A stretch of 64,000 bases of DNA from Oopsacas minuta (GCA_024704765.1 JAKMXF010000310.1:1-64000), one strand, 5' to 3'. Shown: positions 1-13,213, counted from the first letter of the stretch. Notes: generated by a model from the letters alone, not told the origin. Translations and numbers: made by a program.

Positions 1-502
1 GTTCATAACTCCCTCGTTTGATAGTATCCATACTATCCTACTGTTTACCCATGTGTATGTTGTTCTATGTGTGTGTGAGTGTTGTATTGTTAGAATATAT
101 TCTCTATGAGCCTTTGGCTCGTCGCTTTGCGATGAGCTTGGTGCATTGCGACTCGAGGTATTCAACAGACAAACAACACTTGAGATTTAATCATATTGAT
201 GTTTTAATAGTATTTCCTCCAGCATACATTGTAATGTTATCACAAATGATGTCATATTATTTATACTAATTATTGATATTCCCTTTCATTTCTAGGTAGC
301 AACTCCAATACTTTTTCAAAGGATGGTGAAACATTACAATGTTGATAATAATGATATAATAATGATCGCTAATTATATTATTTAGTAAAGAACCAGAAGA
401 GAACATTTTATTATGGCATGGCCATACACCAGTGTGCACACGTGCACCCAAGCACGTCCATAAACTGCAACATATATAGTTTACCACTTGATTACATTAT
501 AG

Positions 503-2848
503 CAGGGGTTTTCAACCTGGGGTCGCGAAAAGTTCAGATAATTTACATCACATCATTAAAATTTACCTATTAATAAGCCAAAAATTGTTTAAATTATCAA
601 TTTTTAGCTGAATTTAAAATGCATTGTGCGTGTATTGCTATGTGCAATGTGATTTCAGCTCATGCACAATGGTTTTAATTATGTGTATATGACATTGTTA
701 CTGTATTTCATGACAATAATGGCAACTTATCCATTGGAACTTGAGGTGTCTAGACTTAATTTCAACAATAGGAATCATTTCCATACTGACTATACGTACA
801 TGGATATTTCACAATATAAATCTATAAATACTCCAATTAGGTATATTTTGTTTACGTATATCCTTTGACATTTCTCATTTTATCTTCGTACTTCAATTTT
901 TACAAAATCCAGCATTCAAAAACCACTGTTAAGATGGCTGGAAAAAGCAAAATTAAAAAGCGAACTCCGAAGACTTTTTAAAATTTGGATTTACGAGTAT
1001 CAACAGTCGTAGTATTGTAAAGTCACAATATGTAATTTGTTTCAAAGTATTGTCAGCTGAATCTATGAAACCATTCCAGCTAAAAGACATTTTGAAAAGG
1101 AACATCCCAATTATAAGGATAAGATATTTCTTTCTTTCAACAAAAGGTGGACACTGTAAAGAGGACTAAGCTCGATGCTACTGGTGATTTTTATACTAGT
1201 TCAAAATCAGATCTAAAAGTCTCTTATATTGTATCATTACGGATTGCAAAAGCAAAGAAACCTCATACAATTGGAGAAGAATTAATACTTCCATGCATAA
1301 AAGACATTGTACGCCTTATGATTGGCACTGATGCAGAGAGAAAACTTAATAATATCTCTTTGTCCGATAACACTGTGCAGCGTCGAATTATGGATCTTAC
1401 TGAGGATATTAAGAATCCCCCTCAGGATTGTTTAGCCTACAATTGGATGAATCCACAGATGTTGCATCATGTGCTCAACTCCTTGTTTTCGTATGGTACA
1501 TCTATACATCGGATTTTAAAGATGAATTTTTATTTTGTGAACAAATTGACTTGCAAACACTTGGAATCGATATTTACAATAAATTAAGTTCCTTTATCGA
1601 ACGTGAAGGCCTTAAATATGAAAAACTATTATCTATTTGCACAGATGGTGCTCCAGCGATGCTTGGTTGTCGTTCTGGATTCATGAAGCACAAAAAAGAA
1701 TCTGCACCGTATGTTACAGGAAATCACTGTATGATACATAGAGAAGCATTGGCATCAAAGACTTTGCCAGATGCACTGAAATGTGTTTTACAAGTTTCCA
1801 TCAAAATTGTAAATTACATTAAATCAAGTGCTCTGAATACACAGATTTTCCGAAATCTTTGTCTTGATATGGATGCGACGCACATAACGCTTTTGTACCA
1901 CACAGAGGTCCGTTGGTTGCCAAAGGGAAATGTACTAAAGCGTCTTCTTGATTTGCATGTAGAAGTTAAAGAGTTTTTCAAGTTGCAAAATAAAGAAGAC
2001 TGGGTAGCACTATTTAATGATAATTCTTGGCTCCTGACCCTCTCTTATCTCGCTGATATCTTCGAAAAGCTAAATATCCTCAATCTTTCATTACAAGGAA
2101 AAGAAAGTTACATTATGGATTTTGTGGAGAAGCTAACTGCTTTCCAAAGTATGCTCGACCTGTGGATAAGGAAATCGAAGATGGGAGAATGGACATGTTT
2201 CTAGGGTCACAAATTTGATTGAAATCCATGATTATCGGTAACCTGAAGAGTTAAGAGATGCAATTATTTTACACCTCAAAGTTATGAAGGATTAATTTAC
2301 GCGATATTTCCCAGAAATTAGGAAATCAGACTATAATTTAATTCGAAACTCTTTTGTGCAAAAAGTGGAAGATTGAATTACAGATGATCAGGATGATGCC
2401 CAAGAAGAATTTGCAAATTTGATTAATGACTCGGGAGCAAAGGCTATATTTTCAACGATGAGTGTCCCACAGTTTTGGTGTTCCATGTTACACACCTATC
2501 CATTGGTATCACAAATCGCAATTAAGGCACTACTAGCATTTCCTTCTACCTGGTTAAGTGAAACAGGTTTCTCCAGTCTACTAACAATTAAAACGAAAAA
2601 TCGAAATAGATTGGATGTTGTCTTTCTAAAACCGAGCCAAGGATTTCTCAACTTGTTGAAAAATAACAGTTTCAACCCTCACATTAAGCATAAATGAAAA
2701 TTTCATTCATAATTATGTATGTATGATTAGATGTCGTATTAAGTAAAACCCTCTAATATTTAATTTCGTATAGTTATGATGAGGGGTCGTGAGTATTTCC
2801 CACATCAATAAGAGGAGGCGTAAGGTGTAAAAGGTTGAAAACCCCAAG
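503..2848 (+). mobile_element. hAT DNA transposon, Buster/Charlie (ZBED5/SCAND3-like) group, full length but inactive
   Basis: Left TIR CAGGGGTTTTCAACCT at 503. Right end AGGTTGAAAACCCCAAG ends at 2848 (reverse complement CTTGGGGTTTTCAACCT). Perfect 8-bp TSD CATTATAG at 495-502 and 2849-2856 fits the nnnTAnnn Buster consensus. Contains a broken transposase. Confidence 0.95.
934..2697 (+). pseudogene. Frameshifted hAT (Buster-type) transposase
   Basis: Fragments in different frames: BED-finger-like region (FLKFGFTSI...VICFKVLSAESMKP) from about 970, ORF 1147-1587, ORF 1428-2204 (QLDESTD = D1, CTDGAPAM = D2, HCMIHREALA = CxxH, EVRWL) and ORF 2419-2697 (FPSTWLSETGFS = catalytic E). Several frameshifts and stops. 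Confidence 0.93.
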
Positions 2849-3054
2849 CATTATAGCAACAACGGTAGGGAGCTTTTGGAATTCACATGATTGATTTCAC
2901 CAGAAACAACTACAATACAACTTTCATTTTTATACACACAAGCATTCCAATTAGCTAGTAATAATTAATAACTATTTTCTGAATATCTTTACAGATTAAG
3001 TAGCTCTGCAAAATATTTACAAACAATCTAAATTTCGGCGAAAAATATCACCCC

Positions 3055-3070
3055 AGTGCGCATGCGCACT
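3055..3070. promoter_or_regulatory. Perfect 16-bp palindrome AGTGCGCATGCGCACT containing the NRF1-type consensus TGCGCATGCGCA
   Basis: Palindrome is directly visible and GC-rich in AT-rich surroundings. Any regulatory function is inference. Confidence 0.3.
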
Positions 3071-3158
3071 CAACTTTTTAATACCTCCAACAACAACAAT
3101 ATATACTTCTTATTCATGGTTCAGAAAATTTTCCAGTTCATGCTTACTTAAGTAGTAC

Positions 3159-3163
3159 AAAAA
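3159..3163 (-). terminator. RNA polymerase III terminator (T5) of the tRNA-Gly gene
   Basis: TTTTT on the minus strand, 3 nt after the discriminator base. Confidence 0.8.
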
Positions 3164-3166
3164 GTA

Positions 3167-3237
3167 TGCATTGGCCGGGAATCGAACCCGGGCCTCCCGC
3201 GTGGCAGGCGGAAATTCTACCACTGAACCACCAATGC
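3167..3237 (-). tRNA. tRNA-Gly (anticodon GCC)
   Basis: Minus strand reads GCATTGGTGGTTCAGTGGTAGAATTTCCGCCTGCCACGCGGGAGGCCCGGGTTCGATTCCCGGCCAATGCA. Complete cloverleaf with A and B boxes, nearly identical to the canonical animal tRNA-Gly-GCC. Confidence 0.98.
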
Positions 3238-3988
3238 GTAATGATAATATATTATTATTAATAGCTACAAATGTTGCTGTGAACGTGTAGCCACATAATA
3301 GAAATCCTTCAAAAACCATGATTTACGCAAAGTGGTTGCTGCATTTTCGTGGAAAATATCTTTCTGTTGAATATATATGTAGAAACTTATGTATACTGTG
3401 CAAAATGGCAGATTTAGGCAAAACTTCAATAAATTATGGTAACATAGTGGTATTGGAAAATTATGTCAATACACAATGCATTGAAATTTTGGCAAAAATA
3501 TCGATCCTTAAATCAATAATCATGTCACGAATTGTAATTTCACAAATTGTATGTATTCCAATTTCAATAACCTAGGATGAGTATTCATTAGAAGAAATCT
3601 AAGTGGTTCTGAATACTTATTAAAGTGTTTCTTAAATGCTGTATTCATCCTACTCTAAAGGAGTCAGAGTGATATCACCATCAGAACGTGATTGTAGAAT
3701 TTATGTGTTGTAATCTCTGTAAAGAAACAAACTCTAGAAGTGAAGTGAATCCATATACCACATTACAATAGAACTGATTGAAATATCAAGACCTGGAAAA
3801 ATAGAGCTCATGCAATATAAGTAACAAAACTTTAATGGTTCCAGAGAGGCAATATCTAAAACGGGTTCTTTACAAGTTACGTAACACGTTTGTTGGCTAT
3901 GCAATTGTATGGACCATGAAAGTATTCTATTTCCAAATTCTCGGGAATGACTTACTCGGCCCCTCACATAAGCATACCTACAACATGG

Positions 3989-4072
3989 TTTAGAAAATTT
4001 TCTAAAATTGAATGAATTACAATGATTTGAAAATTTAATGGCTGATTTAGTCGGAACCCTAAAGTATAGGTC
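3989..4072 (+). repeat. Dispersed repeat fragment shared with 26384-26583, possibly a non-autonomous Helitron-like element
   Basis: GAACCCTAAAGTATAGGTC is identical at 4054-4072 and 26533-26551. TTTAGAAnATTTTCTAAnATTGAATGAA is shared upstream. The second copy ends in a GC-rich stretch followed by CTAGT. Confidence 0.45.
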
Positions 4073-7000
4073 CTAGACCATATGCCTCAGGCTCGGGCTG
4101 AGCTAGCGACCTCTAGTCTGTCCATCCATCCTAACGACACTGAGTGATTGAGCAATCCAATTTTAACATGAAATGATATTTGGAAAGTAAAATTAATGAA
4201 ATCGATAATAAGATTAATGTTAGAGAATGTAGGAAAATAAAAAAGCGCTAAATACCTGTAATTCAATTAGCTTATCTAGAGAGAAATAGAATACAAGAAT
4301 CTGTGTTCATAGTATTGAGGTGTTGATAAAATATATCGGATTAGAACCAATAAATTTCATCAACAAGGTGTTAGGATTCACAGTCAAAGGATTAGATGTA
4401 ATTCATTTAATCAAGTGAGGCGAGAGGGCCAAAAAAATCCTACTTCAAGTTGTGAAAACGCGGATAGCGTGGATGGTCAGCTTCTATCATAAAAGTACAT
4501 TAATTATGTTATTATCAGATAATTTTCGATTTGGGAATGAAGAACCGGTTCATAGTTTAATTGAAATCAATAATCGTGTTAGACATTTGAAAGTGTCATG
4601 ATTCGAATCGCACCTGAACAAAATGAAGGATGGTGTTTTGAACTAATTAAGTGGTCTCAATTAATTCCGCATATCTCGAAACCTCAAGAGAGCAGAGTTC
4701 AATTGCAATTCAAAGAGGCTTAGGTATTTCAAAATGAGGATAAGAAAACCCTCTTCGTTTCATGACCTTATTGTTTACATAGAACGGTACGTATTCGAAG
4801 GAGGCTAAGGGATGAGTATTGCTGAGTTTATGATGGTTAAGTTGCAAAGTTAAGGAAGGAAAAAAAAGTTTTCTAAACAGCAAAGTGGCCTACTCTATTT
4901 CAGTATCTTACAAGCTGCAACAAACTTATGTTTTTGATACGTAGGTACTATATTTGAAGAATCACTAAATTCGGTTTCCAGCTGTGGGAATATTCGCAAC
5001 TGTTCTAGACTTGTTTACAATACAGCGCAATTACACAAAGAGAAGGTCATGTAAAACAAAAGAATGCCGAATATTTATATGTGTTTCTAATTAGGAAAGA
5101 TAAATAACTAATAAGTATATTGCAAATTCTGATAAAATATTCTACTCGAAATTGTCAGCAGATATACATCTTAAGAACAGATGCATAAATCCTAAAAAGT
5201 TCAGTTTATGTTAAAAAGATGGACGAAAGGATAAAGCTTCAGTGGAAACCTAATCTGGGGAACAGAAGGGAAAACAATGATAAAATGACTCAATAAATCA
5301 GAAAAATACCTTTGAATATTAATCGAAGCCAAGTGATACAACTATATTCAGTACTAAGGAAATATTCATTTTAGAAATGTTTGTAATAATTGGTTAATAA
5401 AGAAAATTTCTATGATGATGTAAAATACATCTAAAGGTGTGAAATATGATTAATCACCGAAAGGGATGAAAATTTCTCTTTAGAACTCTTACATCCAAAT
5501 CTAGAGCTGTCCAAATTTTCAAGTTATTCGGATCTAGTATATCCATAAATCTGGGATTTGGGAAAAACCATTAAACTAATGAAGAACTAAGAAGTAATTT
5601 CATTTTGACATATCACCCGAGGCTCCCTCGCTCTATGAGTTTACGGTAGTCGTGTCAGGGGGCTAAAGCCCTAGATTACGAGGCTTCAGTTCTAACAATT
5701 ACGAATTCTAACTGTAATCCAAATACAATCTAACACAGTAATTGAAGTTACTAAATTATCTTTTCGATGTTTAATTAAATCTCGTTTTCTTACATTTTAT
5801 TAAAACGAGCCTTTGACTTTGTGATGAACTCGGCGCATTGCGCTTTAAGGTACCCATTATTCTCCAAATTGACGCCCTTTGAGTATTATAATATAGATAT
5901 ATTTAGAACAATGTAATTCACAAATATACGTATATAGCATATATTATTGAATTATTTTGTAAGATCAACCCATTTGTACCCGTTGAGGGCAAGTCTACGT
6001 AAATTTTGAGATTTTGTAAATTTTACTTTTAATATATTCATAAAAACAGCAATAAATTTAGATATGATTAATCCAAAAGTCTGAAAACTATATTGAATTT
6101 TATATACTTTTTTGATAAACATGATAAATGCATAGTTATACGACAATTTCAAAATTGCATACCATAAATCCTTTCCTTGACCACAGACAAACAACAATTG
6201 AGATTTAATAATATAGATTATGTATAGTATCCTGTAGATATGGAATAAGATATTAAGAAATTGGTCGTTTATGCTAGATATGTCTCAGTTGTCCCGAATT
6301 ACACGCAGAAATGCCAAGAGTTTTACTATAAACTTGATACATCATAGAATTTAAGATTTTCTCTACTAATCCAATCGTTTAATGATTGAACAATGGTTCT
6401 AATAATGCCGTTTTTCGCGGCCTTGTTCGTACTCAGTGCTTTGAGTTTGAAGGATAATTAAGAATCTAATGTGTTGATATACGTATTAATTATATTTACA
6501 TTATTTTCAATAACATTTAAAATCATTAAAATACGTATGAAATTAGAACTCAGCATAACTAGTTTCCGTTATATAGCCGTTGTAACAAAGGTTGTACCCA
6601 GGGGAGTCGAAAGCACATGAAAAGCGCCGCCCCAATTCCTACAGCCCTGGTTGTAATAACTAAAAACAGAGTGTTACTAACAATGAACGTAGGAATAATC
6701 GCTAATAATATAAAAACTTTCCTTTTTGGAACTAGTATCATTATTCATAGAACTTGTTGATAGCATAATCTTGTATTTCAGGCGAACCTTAAGGTAATGT
6801 TATGCATGAAATGAAAAAGAAGATAATTATAAACAATGGAAGCATTTACTTATGTATTTGAGATTATAAACGTTTCTAGTGAAATTAGCTAGGATGTTCC
6901 ATATAGAATGCTAAGGAAGTTCCAATCTTCCTCTCAATCCATCTAACAATAGCAATTACAAGTTTCAAGTTTGACAATTCGTAAGTGCACAATAGTTATT

Positions 7001-7431
7001 CATTGAGAACAGATGGAACAATCAATCATGCAAGAGAGTGAAAAAGGAAACCCAAAAAAGTAAGCCCTAGAAAATACTTCTAAGTCTACTACAATCAATC
7101 TTGAATTAATAGTACATTTTTTGACCATTTCTACAATGTGATCTTGATCATTTTACCTCCAGCTGTTAGCAATTGTTTCGGAGTATCTATAATAGCTTAG
7201 TTCAAAAAATCTCATTTATGAAACCTGCTCAGCAGCCAAAAGAGTATTTCACTATATGGCTTAAGCTATTGACAGCATGTCCTCGAATGGTATATATGTT
7301 TGTTGTCTTAGCTTCATACATTCGAATTACCACAAATTGTGAAATGATAGATTCATCTTTATAACTTAACAATTATCATCGATTTAAATCTCACAAACAA
7401 AGTTCGCTAAATACCTATTAGGAATTTCGCG

Positions 7432-10241
7432 ATGGAATCCCTTATCAATGCTACTGAAATAAACCAGTGTGTGAATGCAACAAAACTAGCACCCCCACTG
7501 ATCCTGGGGATGGGGACAGCTGTGTATCTTATCGTCTGGCCATTTCTAGTGATGGAATTCAAATGTTTCCCAATTGGGAGAATAACAGCTGTGTGGGTAG
7601 GGTCTATGGGTATGGTGATAACAATGGTGTTAACTCAAACGAACGTTTATGAAATTCTGGGAGAACAAGACAATCTCCAAACGTTGTGTCTGTTGTTAGG
7701 TATGATGTTATTCGCGCAGTATATGGAACGAGAAGGGTTGATGTCGTTAATTCTCGAAAGGATTATAACGCCCAAACGCTCGTTCTACGCAATACTCTGG
7801 GTAATTTGCTTGATATCTGCTTTACTGTCGTCTGTAATTACAAATGATGCAGCTTGTGTCATGTTAACGCCCATTGTACTCATGGAACATCAGAAACAGC
7901 ACAGAAGTACCAAAGAGTTTCTCCCTCTTCTGCTTGGTATAGCAACCTCTGCTAACATCGGTAGTGCAGCTACTATCATGGGTAACCCACAGAATGCTTA
8001 TATTGCTTCAGTGCTGAATATCAACCTGGCTACAACATTCAGGGCACTCCTTCCTGCTGCTGTCATTGGTTATTTCTTAAACGTGGGTCTCCTCTATCTG
8101 TATTGCTTCCTCTTCTACTTGAGAAACGTCAAGTCTAAAGATACCATCGACTCTAAGCTAGCCAACGGAAATATCGTGGATCATGACTCGTTCAGGAGTT
8201 CAGCCAGTCTGAACAACCATGTGAACAATTACAACGAGAATGATGCACTTATAAAAGTGCGGTACAATTCATCTCAGGATCTGGTAAAGAGTGAGATTGG
8301 ATACAAAAAACCTAAGAACCTGGAACAGTCTTGGATGATTGTGTACGACCCTGAGCATCCAGAGAGGATCAACATACCATCAGCTGGATTTGCACCTTGC
8401 AAGTGAGTTACTTACATATTACGGTAGGAAATGGTCCGATTGGTCATGTGTGACCAACTGATATAGATCAACTTGACAAATTCGCTTTGCCTGCTACAGG
8501 CCTGCATACATTGCTAAAGTGTACGACCCATCATGTTAACAGGTCAGGCAATACTTCATAGATTAAAATTTCTAAGGAATAGTTACATGTTAATTTCTCA
8601 TGTAAGGCTATCGTTTATCAACAGATGGTACTTAATTATAAGGTTTAGTTGCGCTTAAAACTGCTTCAATATAATGTAATGAATTCAGCATATGGACAGC
8701 TACTAAGTTGGCTAAAATTCACATCAATTAATTACAGAAAACTAGGTAGAAACATGAACCATATGCTCCAACTACAATTAGTAAGATTTCTTCATGTCAC
8801 AGTCAGAAGTAAATGAAATAAGAGAATAAAAGAATATTTTGTAGAGCTATACGAAATCAACTAAGTGGCATCCATGCAAGATAAAAGGAACTTTTAAGAT
8901 ATAAGTAGCAATATGAGGAAAACTTGTACTGTAAAATTGCCCTGTCAATTAACAAGTATTTTAAATAAATTCATGTTAATATAATATCAGAACACATTTG
9001 TAATGCTTCAAAATGTACAAAATAATCCTATTACTCCACATGTTGAGCAACCAATAAAGTAACACATAGCTGTATAGCGGTACCGGATTGAATACACTTT
9101 CTACATTTACAATGGCTAGATTACGTTATCTCAATTATACGTTTCATTCAAATAATAGTAAACATCTGGTTGATATCATAGAGCAACATTTAATTATCTT
9201 TTCAGTAATTTCACTTTTTTTCAATTATGGTAAAACTACAAATCAGATATTAAAATAACAAAAGAATTAATATAATTGATAAATAATACATCACTGAAAA
9301 TACTAGTTCACCTTCGTGACTCATATATTTAAATCAACAAATTAAATTTAATTGTAGTTACCGACATATTTTAAGACAAAAGTAAGATATATTCAAGAAT
9401 CTGTGGAAAAGTGAAATTATGAAATTTCGAAATTTGTTTACAATACGTATTCATAAACACAAGGATTATATTCGCTTATGACGATTGAGGTACACAAAAG
9501 TGTTGTGATTGGAATCAAATCTCACGAATGATTAAGTAGTAATAAATACCATAGTTTATTACTGAATTCATTTCGTATCTCTATCTTAGGAAATGCTACT
9601 ACGTTTCTTCATACTCCAAGCCTTTCTCCGTGCTGCTGATATTCATGATAGTGGTGTGTGTCGTTTTACTCTGTATTCCACCAAGCGTGGTATACTTTGA
9701 TCTGGGTCTTGTACCAATGGGATGTGCGACAGTACTCCTTGTGTACGATGGTGTTATTAACAAGAGGAACACTATAGATGCTATCAATCATGCAGATTGG
9801 GGAGTTCTCATGCTCTTCTGCGGTCTCTTCATTTGGCTAGACGGATTCAAACGTACTGGTATACCAAGAAAACTGTACGATCTACTACATGACTATGTTT
9901 ACATGGGTAGTATCTCAGGTGTGCTTGTATTCAGTGCCTACGTTATTATTGGTTCCAACCTTATCAGTAACGTACCCCTTGTCATCCTCCTGGTAGACTA
10001 CGTCAATTGTCTAGAAGGATGCACCACAACTGGTGCAGGACTCATGCTGGCCTGGATCTCAACAATCGCCGGAAATTTCACCCTGATTGGGAGTGTTGCA
10101 AACATTATCGTAGCAGAGAAGGCTAAACAGACTGTTGACTATACGCTAGGATTCCTCTCTTACCTCAAGTTCGGATTCATCTCCACAATGGTTGTCCTAT
10201 TCACTGGTCTGCCACTTGTGTGGATCTTAGCAAGTATCTAA
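7432..10241 (+). CDS. Lsi2-like (ArsB/CitMHS, ion transporter superfamily) putative silicon/metalloid efflux transporter; 2 exons (7432-8402, 9590-10241), 540 aa
   Basis: Motifs parallel plant Lsi2: FPIGRITA, ITNDAACVMLT, ATSANIGSAATIMGNPQN, DWGVLMLFCGLFIWLDGFKRTGIP, SNLISNVPLV, LAWISTIAGNFTLIGSVANIIVAE. Donor AA|GTGAGT at 8402 and acceptor TCTTAG|G at 9589 join in phase 2 with no stop. Confidence 0.88.
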
Positions 10242-10542
10242 CCTGATGTCATATAGAATTATCTTAAATTAGTTTTTGTTTGCATAAGGAGGTCAAGTCG
10301 ACATGGCAGTCCTTTCAATTTACATTTCAGAACTATGTTTGCAGTAAATAAAAAATGAAGAGTGTTTGCTTAGTTTTATTTATGTAGTATTTATGCAATA
10401 TTTGTCAATAAATAATGAAATATATCTTTTTTTCATGATAATGTATATACATATCCTATATACTTGATGGGGAGGAGATATAAAAGAAAGGTTGTTTGGT
10501 GATATTCTTTAAAGGATCCCCAAACATTACTATTTGCTAGGT

Positions 10543-10814
10543 CAGTGGCTCTCAACCGGTGTGCCTAGGAACGCTGCTAAGTCCACCAAATTTTCATTGA
10601 TATATCACAAATTATTAAAATGCTTTTAGGAGATTCGCGGATGGCACTCATAGTAAGAAAGTGCTAAATTACGAGAACAACTATACATTGAATAATTATC
10701 ACAAAATGTTTACAAATAATTCTAGGAAATTTTACGCCCGCTGTTTAAGAAAAATTGAATCAATAAAATTTGGTAAGATGTGTGCCGAAGCTTGTAAAAG
10801 ATTGAGAAACACTG
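10543..10814 (+). mobile_element. Buster-type hAT MITE (non-autonomous)
   Basis: TIRs CAGTGGCTCTCAACC and GATTGAGAAACACTG. Degenerate TSD TGCTAGGT / CACTAGAT with central TA. Internal motifs (CAACCGGTGTGCC, AAAATGCTTTTAGG) are shared with the 18836-19118 element. Confidence 0.75.
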
Positions 10815-11326
10815 CACTAGATAATACCGCAGTGAATTAAAATTAGTAGAGAACCCTAATGTTAGAAAATTATGAAATTTCCATGTAGGATTTATTTTCA
10901 AATTCGACAAAATAGTATTTGAATATCTCTTTTTGAAATTTTATTTTACTCGCAATTCGTCTACAATGCTTAGGAATTTTTCAATTTGTTTGATATTATG
11001 AATTATCAGAATAAACTTTTATCATAGATAGAATAGACTAGTTGACTTGGTAAATAAATTGGGGTTTTTCTAAGCAGTTAGCTCTATATGCAAATCCCCC
11101 AGCAACAGTGCTCGGCAAAATCTAAATTTATTGGTGGCCGACCTAAGCCACCAAATTTTAAGTTTGGCTAATAGCCACCATCCTATTCGAGTTTCATAAC
11201 TGAGTTTAAAATCTGTATGGAAAAGTTAAATGTTTTGGTGGCTCAAATAAGCCACTATTCTCAATTTTGCAATATTAAAATGTGTACATCGTAATATGTA
11301 CATAAATATTACTCACTAGATTGATA

Positions 11327-13213
11327 ATGGCAACATCTATGACAAAAGGACATTTCTTATACACTCCTGACCCCAAGACATCCAGAGGAAAGACTAGCAC
11401 CTCAAGGAGACAAATGCTATCACATAAAAGTAACTATTATCATTATTACTTAGAGACAGTTGAGGAACATATTAACAATATAGCTAAGGGGAGCTACACT
11501 AAAATGTCAGAGCGGATTTGTAATCATTTGATAGTGAAGTTAGAAGAGTTTGATAAAAGAGTTTACAAATTATTTCCCAGCATTCCCACTGCCGCAATAA
11601 TATCTGGGATAAATATAGCAGATCATGAGTTCATGTACGAACAACTGAATGAATCTTTGGCTAATAAAATCTCGATAGCAAGTATTGTTCTAAATTCGAG
11701 GAATTGTCCAAATCTAAAAACCTGTTGGAAGTATATCTTCACAACATTGTATAAGAAGCTTGATTTGGATACAACTGGTGTAGACATGAGCAAACTCACT
11801 GCAAGAGCACTGAATAAATTACTCACAACAAATGGAGAAGAATTGCGTGATACCCCTCTTACTCTAATTATAATATTCGAAGAATTCGAGGCAATGTCAG
11901 ATGAAGTTGTGAATCACGTAATAATGTGTGTCCATCAATATGTGGATACTTTTCCAGTTGCAATTATAGTGAATGTTGCCATATTCGTAAGTGTATTATA
12001 CGACAAACTTAGCTGGAACGCTTCCAGTATTCTCAACGTCAAAGAATTTGAATTATTCTCATCATTTCAGCTTCTGACTAATATAATGAATGACCTCATA
12101 TTAACTCCAAATATTCCGTTCGTGTTTACTCCAGATCTTCTGACCTGGCTATATGACCAATTCTCAATGTACAGCATGTCTATAAACCAGTTCAATCATA
12201 ACTTGAAGGTATCTCTGTATTACCATATGAAAACAGGGGGTTTCTTGGAATATACTTTCTATGAGAATATTGATCTAGATTCTGCATACTTCAGCAAAAC
12301 TTGGCTGATACAATACATGGCACAGATGAATAACAAGGAAGCTGGAAAGTCAGCTGTGAAACGAAAAGGTGGTCTCAAGATCAAAGAGGTTACTTTACAT
12401 GTTCAACAGCTGTTCGATTTGTATGAACTAGCTATTGGTTTGGCTGCTGCTCTATATCAGCTATTGCAAGTAATGGGAAAGGAAGTTCAAATATTCGCGA
12501 AAGATTATTACTCCATCTACATTCTGTTATTAAAATGTGATTTATTAGCAGATGATAATTTCCAAGGAGCACTTAAATATATTGGCTCTACACTGAACCA
12601 ACAATTATTAGCAGATTGTGTTAATGTATGTCAGACAGAATTGACACATACTTTAGCTAAATTACAGACAGAGAGCGAGAAGACATCTCTCGGTGAGATA
12701 ATAGATGGACTGTGCTGTATGCAAACTAAATTGGAATCAAACAAGGATAACCTACCAGTGAGTGTAAAATCAGAAGTTGTTCTAGCATTCAATAGTTTAA
12801 TTACAGATTATTTTATCACAAGGAACCCAATGAAACATCCTCTAGCAAAACTAGTATTCTGTGAACTCCCTAAAGACATGACTATGCTAGTAGACCCTTC
12901 AATACTCAACTCTGTTCATCAAGACCTTTCTAAACCGAATAGCAATATTATAGGAGATGTAAGCAGAGCAAATCTCCCTCCTATATGTATTGTGTATAGA
13001 TTGCTTAATGAAAGTGGCAAATTTGTCAACCTATACGATTGGTTCCAATCTTATAACTTTTGTAATGAGGAAGGAGGATTAGAAGATGATATCGATTTGG
13101 TTCAGGCTAAATTCTTCTCGGCAGTGGCAGAGCTTGAATTCTTAGGAATCATTAAACCTCACAAGAAGAAAGTTGATCATGTACACAAGTTAACACATGG
13201 ATTATTGTATTGA
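11327..13213 (+). CDS. ORC3: Origin recognition complex subunit 3, intronless, about 628 aa
   Basis: Degenerate AAA+ region LIIIFEEFEAMSDEVVNHVI...FPVAII. C-terminal winged helix PPICIVYRLLNESGKFVNLYDWFQSY...QAKFFSAVAELEFLGIIKPHKKKVDHVHKLTHG matches the ORC3 C-terminus. First ATG is at 11327 (the ORF track starts at an upstream TTG). Confidence 0.93.
   Translation: MATSMTKGHFLYTPDPKTSRGKTSTSRRQMLSHKSNYYHYYLETVEEHINNIAKGSYTKMSERICNHLIVKLEEFDKRVYKLFPSIPTAAIISGINIADHEFMYEQLNESLANKISIASIVLNSRNCPNLKTCWKYIFTTLYKKLDLDTTGVDMSKLTARALNKLLTTNGEELRDTPLTLIIIFEEFEAMSDEVVNHVIMCVHQYVDTFPVAIIVNVAIFVSVLYDKLSWNASSILNVKEFELFSSFQLLTNIMNDLILTPNIPFVFTPDLLTWLYDQFSMYSMSINQFNHNLKVSLYYHMKTGGFLEYTFYENIDLDSAYFSKTWLIQYMAQMNNKEAGKSAVKRKGGLKIKEVTLHVQQLFDLYELAIGLAAALYQLLQVMGKEVQIFAKDYYSIYILLLKCDLLADDNFQGALKYIGSTLNQQLLADCVNVCQTELTHTLAKLQTESEKTSLGEIIDGLCCMQTKLESNKDNLPVSVKSEVVLAFNSLITDYFITRNPMKHPLAKLVFCELPKDMTMLVDPSILNSVHQDLSKPNSNIIGDVSRANLPPICIVYRLLNESGKFVNLYDWFQSYNFCNEEGGLEDDIDLVQAKFFSAVAELEFLGIIKPHKKKVDHVHKLTHGLLY

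Noticed and set aside
1147-2697. Domesticated ZBED5/SCAND3-like host gene
   Set aside because: The coding region is broken by several frameshifts and stops and still lies between TIRs and a perfect TSD, so it is a decayed transposon.
3600-7400. Possible hidden gene or decayed transposase upstream of the Lsi2-like gene
   Set aside because: Only short AT-rich ORFs with no motif I can recognise. A translated search would be needed.
8398-8406. TGA after TGC-AAG in the Lsi2-like ORF as possible selenocysteine or read-through
   Set aside because: The TGA is part of the splice donor GTGAGT, and splicing at 8402 restores the frame.
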